From positions 4,064,001 through 4,128,000 of the forward strand of contig OY969811.1 in assembly GCA_963703315.1 (NCBI GenBank): a stretch of 64,000 nucleotides of DNA. Reading direction: 5' to 3'. This document shows, one piece after another, positions 1 to 9,252 of the stretch (position 1 is the first letter of the stretch; each line of letters opens with the position of its first letter). The notes under the pieces are model-generated. The model saw only the letters and a list, made by a program, of their open reading frames with translations. It was not told the origin of the DNA and did no database searches. The position numbers and the translations under genes were made by a program. This stretch comes from an uncultured cyanobacterium (lineage in GTDB: Bacteria > Cyanobacteriota > Cyanobacteriia > Pseudanabaenales > Pseudanabaenaceae).

Positions 1-3000
1 GATTGGGATGCGAGTTTGCAGCAAATGGAACTGATGACTGCGATCGCTGAATTAGAGGGTCAACAAATTGAGATCGATCCAGAATTAAGGGCAGGGCTAG
101 ATTTTGCCTTTGGTTCTATGGCGATGACTGAGGGAGAAATTGAAAAAGCGAAAGATTTGCTGCAAAGGAGTTTAGGATTTTGGCGGCAATCAGGAGCGCA
201 ACCGCAACAGGCAATTTGTCTGTTGCAGTTAGGGATGTGCGATCAAAATAAAGCTTTTCGCGATCGCTATCACAAGCAACCCTTTTATAAATCCGCTCAA
301 GCCTATCTGGCAGAATGTATCGCCATCTTGCGGAACTTGCAACGATGGGAACTGGTGGCGCTATATATCAACTTTTTGACAGCGATTATGGAAGAGTTGT
401 TAGCCCTCACCCCCAGCCCCTCTCCCAACGGGAGAGGGGAGCAATCCCTCACCCCCAGCCCCTCTCCCATTGGGAGAGGGGAGCAAGAAATTACTCTCGT
501 TCCCCATCTCTTGTGGGAGAGGGGGCTAGGGAGTGAGGGATTAGAATCTCTCGCTCAAGAAGCTTTGGCTTTACATCAGACTTATCCTAATCAACTGCGG
601 GAAGCTCACGATCGCGGTATTCTTGCCTCGGTGAAACTATGGCAAAAAGACTATAGTGCGGCGAAGGAGTTGGCGGAGTCGTCACTGGCGCTATATCACG
701 AAGGGGAAGCTTTGCAACTGTCCAATTTTGTTCCTTCTCAACGCTATGCCTATTGTAAGCTGGAACTTTGGTTAGCAAGGGCTTTGGAGGGATTGGGCGA
801 TCTCCAAAGTGCGATTAGGCAATTAGAAGCAGTAAGAGATCGCTGGAATCATCAATACGATGCTCAGATCTATGTATTGGTATTAGAGGAGTTGCGATCG
901 CTTTACACCGCCGCAGGGCTATATCTGGAAGCCTTTAAAACTAAGCAACATCAGCGATCGGTGGAGCAGCAGTATGGCTTACGCGCTTTTATTGGTGCGG
1001 GTACGCTGAATCCAAAACGAGAAGCGAATAATCCTGAACTATATGTAAATGATGTCACTTCGCAGTCCGATGAAATTGCTCAAGAGATAGAAGCTTCGGG
1101 ACGGATGCCAGATGTGGAGAAGTTGGTCGATCGCATTGGTCAGGCGCGATTCCCTTTAACGATTGTGCATGGTGATTCGGGGGCAGGGAAAAGTTCGATC
1201 TTGAGTGGTGGGGTGATTCCTGCGTTACGTCTCAGGGAAAGCTTTGATGGGCGCAAGGTGTTAGTTTTGGCGGTAAAAACCTATAAAGATTGGAGTGCGG
1301 AAATTCAGCAACAGTTACAGAACTATTTTGGCGATCGCCGCCCATTACTTGACCCCATCCATCATTTCAAGCTGAATATCGAGGCGAATTATTTGACGGT
1401 CTTAATATTCGATCAGTTTGAGGATTTCTTTTTTAAGAAGGAAGATTTTCGCGATCGCCTTCCGTTTTATCGATTTCTTAAAGCTAGCCTATATATAGAC
1501 TTTGTACAGGTGGTTTTATCCATGCGTGAAGATTATTTGCATTATCTTCTAGAGTTTGATCGCTCAGTAAAAGTAAAGGAGCTACCCAAAGATTTTGAAG
1601 GTGACATTCTCGGTAAACAGGTGCGGTACTACTTGGGGGATTTTACGCAGGAACAGGCGCGACAGGTAATCGAGGCATTGACTAGGCGATCGCAGTTACG
1701 CTTAGAGCCTGAGTTGATCGAGCGTTTGGTAACGGATTTGAGTAATGAGCAGCATCGGATTTTGCCGATTGAGTTGCAGGTGGTGGGGGCGCAGTTGGAG
1801 TCGGAGAATCCTCCTGTTTCTACTCTTCAGCAATATCTGGCTCTGACGGGTAATACTGCTGAGAATAGGGGGCGAAAGCCAAGTGAGGTGTTGGTGGAGC
1901 GGTGGTTGGAGAATGTGGTGCGGGATTGTGGAGTGGCGAATCAGGATTTGGCGGAGAGGGTGTTGTATGCGTTGACGGGGAATGAGGAGAAGCGTCCGCA
2001 AAAGACGCAAGCGGAGCTTGCCAGTGAGTTGTTGGCTGAGGAAAATCTCTCGCTAGTACTAGCGGTTCTGGTTGGTTCTGGGCTTGCTTTTCGGGTGAGT
2101 AGTTCGCCTGATGACCGTTTTCAGTTGATTCATGATTATTTGGTTAGCTTTATTCGCAAGAAATATGTCTTTGGTATGGCGGAAGAGTTGCGGATGACCA
2201 AAGAACAATTGCGATCGGCTTTAGTAGAAAAAGAAAAAGAACTCCAACGAGCAGAAATTGCCGAAATCGAAGCCTTGAGTATCTCTTGCGAGTCTTACTG
2301 GTTGGCACATCATCAACTTGAAGCCATGATTGCAGGAGTGAAGGCTGGACAACGGATTCTTAGTCCAAGCACTGGTAAAATAATTCCTGAATATCTAGCT
2401 AAGAAAAGTTTTGGACAGCTATGGAAATTTACTCACAACATTTATGAATATAATTGCCTTGAAGGTCATAGTAACTGGGTCAGAAGTGTAGCATTTAGTC
2501 ACGATGGCAAAATAATTATTTCTAGCAGTGGTGATAAAACAATCAAATTATGGAACTTACAAGGTAAAGAATTACGAACCTTAAAAGGTCATACCAGTGA
2601 TGTTTTAAGCGTTGCATTTTCTCCAAATGACAAAGTTATAGCTTCTGGAAGCTTTGACAATACACTAAAATTATGGAACTTAGAAGGTAAAGAATTATAC
2701 ACTCTTAAGGGACATAGCAAAGAAGTAAGAAGTGTTGCATTTTCTCCAGATGGTAAGCTTATTGCTTCTGGCAGTGCTGACAAGACTATAAAAGTATGGA
2801 ATCTAGAAGGAAAAGAATTATCTATTTGTGAAGGACATCATGCTGGAGTTAGAAGCCTATCATTTTCTCCAGACGGTAAAATGATTGCTTCTGGAAGCTT
2901 AGATAGAACTATCAAGTTATGGGATCTCGAAGGGAAAGAATTATTAACTTTTAAAAGCCATATGGGTGCAGTCTTGAGCGTGGCATTTGCTCCAAACGGT

Positions 3001-4281
3001 AAATATATTATCTCTGCATCTGATGATCATACAATCAGGTTGTTGGATCTAGAAGGACAAGAATTACGCATATTCAAAGGTCATTATGCTGGAGTTAGGA
3101 GTGTTTCCTTTAGTCCTGATGGCAAAATAATTTTATCTAGTAGTGACGATAAAACAATAAAATTGTGGAATTTAGAAGGTGAAGAAATTCTTACACTGGA
3201 AGGTCATAGCAATAAAATTTGGAGTGTAGCTTTTTCCCCCAATGGTAAAACAATAGCTTCTGGAAGTAATGACAAAACAGTCAAGTTATGGAACTTGAAA
3301 GATAGAGAACAATGTACTATTTTCAAGGGTCACAACGAGAAGATTTGGAGTGTAGTATTTTCTCCTGATAGTAAAACTATTGCCTCATGTAGCTTTGATA
3401 AAACTGTAAAATTGTGGGATCTTGAAGGGAAAGAATTAATTACCTTTAAAGGACATACAGAGGTTGTTAGAAGTGTAATATTCTCACCCGATGGTCAAAC
3501 AATAGTTTCTGGAAGTAGTGATAAAACAATTAAGTTGTGGAACTTAAAAGGTAAAGAACTACTTACGATTAATGGACATAGCGGAGGGATTTTAAGTTTA
3601 GCATTTTCCCCAGACAGCAAAAAAATTGTCTCTAGTAGCTTTGATCAAACACTCAAATTATGGAATTTAGATGGTAAAGAACTACTTACCCTAAACGGTC
3701 ATAATAAAGAAATTCGGAGCGTTGTCTTTTCACCTAATGGCAAAATGATTGCTTCTGGCAGTAACGATAACACTATTAAATTATGGGATTTAGAAAGTAA
3801 AAAAGTTCTTACTATTGATGGTCACAGTAGTGGAGTTTTGAGTGTAGCATTCTCGCCAGATGGCAAAATGATTGCCTCTGGCAGTAACGATAACACCATT
3901 AAATTGTGGGATTTACAAGGTAAAGAAGTTCTTACTATCGATGGTCATAGTAGTGGAGTAGTGAGTGTAGCCTTTTCTCCAGATGGGAAAACGATAATAT
4001 CTGGTAGTTTTAACAACACTATCAAATTATGGTATTTGGATGGCAAGGAACTACTTACGATTGAGGATATTGATTACAAATCATTTCGGAGTGTAGTCTT
4101 TTCACCCAGCGGCAAAATGATTGCTTCTGCCAGCAATAAGCACAAATATCATACGATTAAATTATGGGATATAGACTACGATCGCGCAATTTCTCAAGCC
4201 TGCGATTGGCTACGTCCCTACCTCACCAATAACCCCAATGTTTCTGAGAGCGACAGACAACTTTTGACAAGTAAAAAGTAG
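1..4281 (+). CDS. TPR-like / STAND (nSTAND1-like) NTPase / WD40-repeat protein, probably 5'-truncated by the window edge
   Basis: Frame is open from base 1. Helical TPR-like N-terminus, Walker A GDSGAGKS, Walker B LIFDQFE, and 14 GH...SVAFSPDG...WD/WN repeats of about 41 aa. Confidence 0.9.
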   Translation, partial: DWDASLQQMELMTAIAELEGQQIEIDPELRAGLDFAFGSMAMTEGEIEKAKDLLQRSLGFWRQSGAQPQQAICLLQLGMCDQNKAFRDRYHKQPFYKSAQAYLAECIAILRNLQRWELVALYINFLTAIMEELLALTPSPSPNGRGEQSLTPSPSPIGRGEQEITLVPHLLWERGLGSEGLESLAQEALALHQTYPNQLREAHDRGILASVKLWQKDYSAAKELAESSLALYHEGEALQLSNFVPSQRYAYCKLELWLARALEGLGDLQSAIRQLEAVRDRWNHQYDAQIYVLVLEELRSLYTAAGLYLEAFKTKQHQRSVEQQYGLRAFIGAGTLNPKREANNPELYVNDVTSQSDEIAQEIEASGRMPDVEKLVDRIGQARFPLTIVHGDSGAGKSSILSGGVIPALRLRESFDGRKVLVLAVKTYKDWSAEIQQQLQNYFGDRRPLLDPIHHFKLNIEANYLTVLIFDQFEDFFFKKEDFRDRLPFYRFLKASLYIDFVQVVLSMREDYLHYLLEFDRSVKVKELPKDFEGDILGKQVRYYLGDFTQEQARQVIEALTRRSQLRLEPELIERLVTDLSNEQHRILPIELQVVGAQLESENPPVSTLQQYLALTGNTAENRGRKPSEVLVERWLENVVRDCGVANQDLAERVLYALTGNEEKRPQKTQAELASELLAEENLSLVLAVLVGSGLAFRVSSSPDDRFQLIHDYLVSFIRKKYVFGMAEELRMTKEQLRSALVEKEKELQRAEIAEIEALSISCESYWLAHHQLEAMIAGVKAGQRILSPSTGKIIPEYLAKKSFGQLWKFTHNIYEYNCLEGHSNWVRSVAFSHDGKIIISSSGDKTIKLWNLQGKELRTLKGHTSDVLSVAFSPNDKVIASGSFDNTLKLWNLEGKELYTLKGHSKEVRSVAFSPDGKLIASGSADKTIKVWNLEGKELSICEGHHAGVRSLSFSPDGKMIASGSLDRTIKLWDLEGKELLTFKSHMGAVLSVAFAPNGKYIISASDDHTIRLLDLEGQELRIFKGHYAGVRSVSFSPDGKIILSSSDDKTIKLWNLEGEEILTLEGHSNKIWSVAFSPNGKTIASGSNDKTVKLWNLKDREQCTIFKGHNEKIWSVVFSPDSKTIASCSFDKTVKLWDLEGKELITFKGHTEVVRSVIFSPDGQTIVSGSSDKTIKLWNLKGKELLTINGHSGGILSLAFSPDSKKIVSSSFDQTLKLWNLDGKELLTLNGHNKEIRSVVFSPNGKMIASGSNDNTIKLWDLESKKVLTIDGHSSGVLSVAFSPDGKMIASGSNDNTIKLWDLQGKEVLTIDGHSSGVVSVAFSPDGKTIISGSFNNTIKLWYLDGKELLTIEDIDYKSFRSVVFSPSGKMIASASNKHKYHTIKLWDIDYDRAISQACDWLRPYLTNNPNVSESDRQLLTSKK
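404..539. repeat. Palindromic CCCTCACCCCCAGCCCCTCTCCC...GGGAGAGGGG element inserted in frame, left part duplicated (42 bp)
   Basis: 42-bp unit at 404 and 446; the right end GGGAGAGGGGGCTAGGGAGTGAGGG is complementary to the left end. Confidence 0.85.
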
Positions 4282-4321
4282 AAAGTAAAAAGGAAAAAAT
4301 TTACATTGATTATTCCATCCC

Positions 4322-4541
4322 GTAGGGGCGAAGCATTTGCACCACAATCTTGAACACCAACAGACAACCCCAATCCGCAAATGCTTCGCCCTCTTCGCCT
4401 TCACCGATCGCCTTTCCCTGCGTTGACCTCCCCACCTTCATCGATCGCTTGTCCCTACATTGCAAGGTTAAGGGCATAGCATTCCCAAAATAAAGCGATC
4501 TTAAAAATTGATAGATTACGGCGGGAATGCTTTGCCCCTAC
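4322..4541. repeat. Composite GTAG-REP/REPIN-like doublet (unit A 4322-4392, unit B 4471-4541)
   Basis: GTAGGGGCGAAGCATTTGC...GCAAATGCTTCGCCCT and AGGGCATAGCATTCCC...GGGAATGCTTTGCCCCTAC; a related element lies at 43381-43621. Confidence 0.8.
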
Positions 4542-4667
4542 ATGACAATCTGTAATTAATTGCCAATAAATAATTTTTTGTTTGAAGCGATCGCAAAAAA
4601 TCATGGTTAAAATAACAGCACGAAATACCTAACGTTCTGCTCTTAACCACCAAGTCCCCTAATAACC

Positions 4668-5912
4668 GTGAAACTACTTCAGATTTTTCAGGTTTTCCCA
4701 TTTTTCGATCGCACCGTCGATAAATGGGCAACAGAAGCCCGCCTCCTGCGATGGCTGACTTTTTTGTGGTTATTTGCAGGACTAGCCGTACTATTTTCCG
4801 CATCCTACCCCGTTGCTGACATTGCCTTTAAAGACGGCACACTCTACTTTAAGTACCAATTAGCTTGGGCAGCGATCGGTTTGCTGATCTTTAATGCGAT
4901 CGTGCATTTGCCATTAAAGTTCATGCTCAAAATTAGCCCCATCTTTTTGTTCATCATCTTAGCTCTGCTCTATGCCACCCATATCCCTGGGATTGGCACA
5001 ACCCGCAACGCCGCTACCCGTTGGCTATCGGTAGGGTCAAGTTCATTTCTACTACAGCCATCGGAGCTAATTAAACCATTTTTGATTTTGCAAGCGGCTC
5101 AGCTTTTTGGCAATTGGAATCGCACACCTTGGAAAGTCCGAATTGGTTGGCTAGTTGTATTTTTGTTAGTGCTAGGTGGGATTTTGATGCAGCCTAGCTT
5201 GAGTGTGACCGCACTCTGTGGGATTACGCTGTGGTTGATTGCCCTCGGTGCAGGATTACCAAGCATTCAACTTTTTGGAACTGCTGCTTTAGGTACTTGT
5301 GTGGCGGTTGCCAGTGTCACTTTTCGTGAATATCAACGGCGACGGATTATGTCCTTTCTCGATCCTTGGCAAGATCAAGCAGGTGACGGCTATCAGTTGG
5401 TGCAGAGTTTGATGGCGATCGGTTCTGGTGGTCTGTGGGGAACTGGATTTGGTTTGTCGCAGCAAAAGTTATTTTTGCCAATTCAATATACTGACTTTAT
5501 TTTTGCGGTCTTTGCCGAAGAATTTGGTTTATTCGGTGGTATTTGCTTGTTATTGCTAGTGATGATTTACGGCACGATTGGACTAGCCGTGACTTATAAA
5601 TGTAAAGATCCTGTAGTGCGCCTAATTGCGCTTGGTTCTACATCCTTAATTGTGGTGCAATCACTCTTAAATGTTGGCGTAGCCACAGGGGTTTTACCAA
5701 CTACGGGCTTGCCTTTCCCCTTCTTAAGTTATGGCGGTAGTTCCACCTTATCTTGTTTGTTTATTGCAGGTTTACTAATTCGCGCCGCCCGCGAAATGTC
5801 GGTTGCCGAAGTAATTCCCTTTACTAGAGGTAAAGGCGATCGCCAAGACCTCAAAACTAAACGTCAAGAAAAAGTAGAATCATCGCGGCGGCGATCGCCT
5901 ACAGTAAGTTAA
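4668..5912 (+). CDS. ftsW: SEDS family peptidoglycan polymerase FtsW/RodA
   Basis: Motifs ATRWL, QPSELIK, GYQLVQSLMAIGSGG, TDFIFAVFAEEFG, TGLPFPFLSYGGSS. Confidence 0.9.
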   Translation: MKLLQIFQVFPFFDRTVDKWATEARLLRWLTFLWLFAGLAVLFSASYPVADIAFKDGTLYFKYQLAWAAIGLLIFNAIVHLPLKFMLKISPIFLFIILALLYATHIPGIGTTRNAATRWLSVGSSSFLLQPSELIKPFLILQAAQLFGNWNRTPWKVRIGWLVVFLLVLGGILMQPSLSVTALCGITLWLIALGAGLPSIQLFGTAALGTCVAVASVTFREYQRRRIMSFLDPWQDQAGDGYQLVQSLMAIGSGGLWGTGFGLSQQKLFLPIQYTDFIFAVFAEEFGLFGGICLLLLVMIYGTIGLAVTYKCKDPVVRLIALGSTSLIVVQSLLNVGVATGVLPTTGLPFPFLSYGGSSTLSCLFIAGLLIRAAREMSVAEVIPFTRGKGDRQDLKTKRQEKVESSRRRSPTVS

Positions 5913-5991
5913 GACAGTAAAGGCAGCGCTAAACGCTGCCTTTACTGTCTAGTTTTGTGATTTTAATGCTTGAAAAATGCCACTGTAACTG

Positions 5992-7285
5992 ATGTCTGAA
6001 TCTGATCTAAAGTCAACTGCTGGCTATTTGGCAGTTTTGCGTAATCGTCAATTTTTGGCATTGTGGCTTGCCCAAATATTAGCTCAGCTAGTTGATAAAG
6101 TTGTGCTGATTTTGCTAATTGCTCTTGCCGTAGCTGATGGGGGGAGTGATGTCAATACTCGCGAGTCATCGATCATGATCGCCATGACATTACCCGCAGT
6201 ATTTTTGGGATCGATCGCAGGAATTTTTGTGGATTGGCATCGCAAGCGAGAAGTCTTGATTTTATGTAACTTCTTGCGAGCAGCTTGTATCTTCGTGATT
6301 CCCTTTGCATCACATTCGCTAGCATTTTTGCTAATTATCACTTTCATTATTTCCATCTTCACTAACGTTTTTGCACCCGCCGAGCAATCAGCGATCGCCT
6401 TAGTTGTGCCGAAAAATGATCTTTTGCCTGCTAATGCCCTCTTCACAATTACCGAAGTCGGCTCCTTAATTGTAGGATTTGCGATCGGCGCACCACTGCT
6501 TGCTTTCACCTTGAGCCTATTTCCTAACGCCAGAGACTACAGCCGTGAAGTTTTGCTAGGTAGTTTGTACCTGATATTCGGGGCTATTTTTATTAGCTCT
6601 ACCCAAAGATGAAGTTGTCCATCCTAAAAAAGTAGGATCGGGTATCTGGACTGATTTAAGAGATGCTTTTCAGTATGTACGTCACAATCACTTAATTGGT
6701 GGTGCGATGTTACAAATGATTTTGCTATATGCGGTTCTGGGGGCAATGCAAAAACTATCGCTCAACCTTGCGGAGGTGGTCACAGGTAATCGTGAAGAAT
6801 TTGGCTCCTTTGTCGCTGCGGTTGGGGTGGGTTTAGCGATCGGTGCATTTATGCTAGGAAAAGTGGGTAAACGCTTTGCCCATCGACCTTTACCGTTTAT
6901 TGGCTTTGTTGGCATGGCGATCGGCTTGTTGATGTTTGCCTTTGTTACTAATCAATGGGTGGCATGGATTATCGGCTGTTTTATCGGTATCAATGGTGCT
7001 TTAATCGTGATTCCTATGCGAACCGTAATTCAAGAATATACACCTGAAAATATGCGCGGCAAGGTCTTTGGCTTGCTGAATAATGGTGAAAATATCGCTG
7101 CAAGTTTGCCGCTAGCCGTGATTGCTGTTTCCTTGGACTTTTTAACGGGTGTGTTTGGTATCCAAAACGGGGGCAAACAGCAAATTGGCTTTCAAATAGT
7201 TTTAATTGTGTTTAGCTTGACCGTATTTGCTCTTGGCTCTTGGGCTTGGAAAAGGACAAAAAAAGCTTTGACCAATGTTTTATAA
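5992..7285 (+). pseudogene. MFS transporter split by a +1 frameshift near 6577 (real or sequencing error)
   Basis: ORFs 5992-6612 and 6707-7285 encode the N- and C-halves of an MFS protein; frame 2 is open from about 6578 (SGLFLLALPKDEVV...GGAM) and joins them. Confidence 0.8.
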
Positions 7286-7314
7286 AAAAGGGAGCGCTCT
7301 GCGCTCCCTTTTTT
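7284..7314. terminator. Bidirectional hairpin AAAAAAGGGAGCGC-N3-GCGCTCCCTTTTTT between convergent genes
   Basis: Perfect stem with A/T tails; near-identical copies at 20249-20281 and 37935-37967. Confidence 0.75.
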
Positions 7315-7316
7315 AT

Positions 7317-7643
7317 TTACTTAGCGATCGCCTCTTGAACGATTTGCGCTAGTTCACCACGATTATTTAGCTCCATTACGATGTCACAACCACCAACAAA
7401 CTCTCCATCAATATAAACCTGAGGGAAAGTCGGCCAACTGGAATACTCCTTTAAACCTTGACGTAAGTCACTATCTTCCAGAATATTGGCAGATTCGTAA
7501 GGCTGTCCCAAGGCATTAAATACTTGAACTACTGCTGCTGAAAATCCACACTGGGGCTGTTGAGGAGTGCCTTTAATGTATAGAAATATCTTGTTGTCGT
7601 TGATCTGGCTCTCGATCTTAGTTTGCAAAATAGGGCTGAGCAT
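7317..7643 (-). CDS. grxD: Monothiol glutaredoxin, Grx4 family
   Basis: KGTPQQPQCGFS, WPTFPQVY, GGCDI motifs. Confidence 0.95.
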   Translation of the reverse strand: MLSPILQTKIESQINDNKIFLYIKGTPQQPQCGFSAAVVQVFNALGQPYESANILEDSDLRQGLKEYSSWPTFPQVYIDGEFVGGCDIVMELNNRGELAQIVQEAIAK

Positions 7644-7711
7644 ATTGATAGGGATAATGCAGATGTTAGTTAATTGACTACTTTTACTATAGCAATTGTC
7701 ATCATGCTTAT

Positions 7712-8737
7712 TTACACATCATGCTTCGCTTTCCAAATTGGATAGTTAGGTTTAGGCGCTCTCAAGCATTCTTCAACAACTTCAGCAATATTGCGCCATG
7801 TTATGTCGTCACGGTTTAGCATCTCGCGCAACTGCACTAAAGTTTCTTCCAATTCGAGATTAAATTTTTCAAAAGGTAGTGGTGATAAAGCACGTTCAGG
7901 AGCATGAATTACTTTGTGCAAAGCTTCTTTGACAATATTGATGATTTGATTGGTCATCTCAGATTTGACTCTTTGACGTAAACTTTGCAAACCGCGACGA
8001 CTGGTGGCATACATAGGGGGCAATCGATTCAGCACATAGGCAGTTACGTCATCAATACTAATTTTCTTCTGAAGGATTTCGTCAAGACGCTGGACACGAC
8101 GCTCAACAATTGCTGATACTAAGCTTTCTAGAATATTGCTATATCGATAGCCAGTCCCCGACATATAGGAGTCAAAGTCTTTAATTTCAGCCAGAAGATC
8201 CTGCTCAGATTTGGATGATTTGGCTGTGGTAGTAGTGATTACTGGTGTTGTGCGACGACGGACTGCATAGCTACGAGCTAATAGAGAACTGCGTCTATCT
8301 AAGCTCATATACGTGTCGTCACCACGTCCCTGCTGATAATATCCTGAATTTAGGGCATCTCTGACTACATCAGGTACATCTTTCCATTTCAGATAGTCTT
8401 TGTTAAATAATTTTCGTAATTTAACTAGCGATCGCGCCTGACTAATGAGTTCATGGGCAGGAATAGGATCACTCTGACGTAAAACATCGCTTTGGGTACT
8501 CAGAAAACCTTGACGCACAGTTTTGACGATCGCTGTCCCCAATTCTTGATCGGCTCTCCTGCGTTGTTGAATCCAGCCACGCTGCGTAGTGGCATACATT
8601 GGTGGAAGTCGATTAAGGGTGTAGGCGATTACTTCACTAAGATCGACACGCTTTTTTACGTCAGCCCCTAGACGTTTGTATTGGGTTTCTGCTTCTTCGA
8701 TCACTAGTTCTTCTAGCGCATTTCTACAACTGCTCAT
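7712..8737 (-). CDS. Late competence development ComFB family protein with two ComFB domains
   Basis: Motif AY(T/V)LNRLPPMYAT(T/S) occurs twice, each followed by a W(K/R)(D/N)(V/I) segment. Confidence 0.8.
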   Translation of the reverse strand: MSSCRNALEELVIEEAETQYKRLGADVKKRVDLSEVIAYTLNRLPPMYATTQRGWIQQRRRADQELGTAIVKTVRQGFLSTQSDVLRQSDPIPAHELISQARSLVKLRKLFNKDYLKWKDVPDVVRDALNSGYYQQGRGDDTYMSLDRRSSLLARSYAVRRRTTPVITTTTAKSSKSEQDLLAEIKDFDSYMSGTGYRYSNILESLVSAIVERRVQRLDEILQKKISIDDVTAYVLNRLPPMYATSRRGLQSLRQRVKSEMTNQIINIVKEALHKVIHAPERALSPLPFEKFNLELEETLVQLREMLNRDDITWRNIAEVVEECLRAPKPNYPIWKAKHDV

Positions 8738-8886
8738 ATGCTGCTCTTTGATTTTGAAGAATAGATGCGCTGCGTTTCAGCTAATCCTATGAAGCAATAA
8801 ATCCTATCACAAAAACGAATTACTATTACTAAAAAATACTAGTGGAAATTGCTGAATATGTTGAACGGCTTCTCTAAAAACTAAGA

Positions 8887-9045
8887 TATAGCAATCCTAA
8901 ATAGTTTATGAGATTAGCTATTTTTTGCATTGCTATAGCAAAGAAAGTTTTACTTAGGACAAACCCAGAAGATGAGCGGCGGCACAGAGCGCCGCCGCTC
9001 ATCTTCTGGGTTTTGATTTGTACTAGCTAACTTTTGCTTTGCTAT
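8887..9045. mobile_element. Two abutting TATAGC...GCTAT(A)-ended MITE-like elements (8887-8937, 8934-9045); the second has a long central hairpin
   Basis: Terminal inverted repeats TATAGCAA/TTGCTAT; central palindrome AAACCCAGAAGATGAGCGGCGGC...GCCGCCGCTCATCTTCTGGGTTT; flanks match 25770 and 34172. Confidence 0.7.
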
Positions 9046-9252
9046 TACCCGCGATCTATTTAATCTGGTCTACTTAATTTCTACGCTTGCATCAAATTAA
9101 TTTAATTACAAGATTTATATAGATATAGATGTCTCAGTGAGATTTTATCCTTTAGTAAATACTTCTTTTTTAGGATATTTCCCTAAAGTTAAACCTATCT
9201 GTTTTATTGGTTAAAATATTTTTTAAACATCAATTCATGATTTGTATATTGC

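Noticed and set aside
2458..4170. Regular ~123-bp periodicity suggesting a CRISPR or other array
   Set aside because: It is the coding WD40 repeat; there are no identical repeats with unique spacers anywhere in the window.
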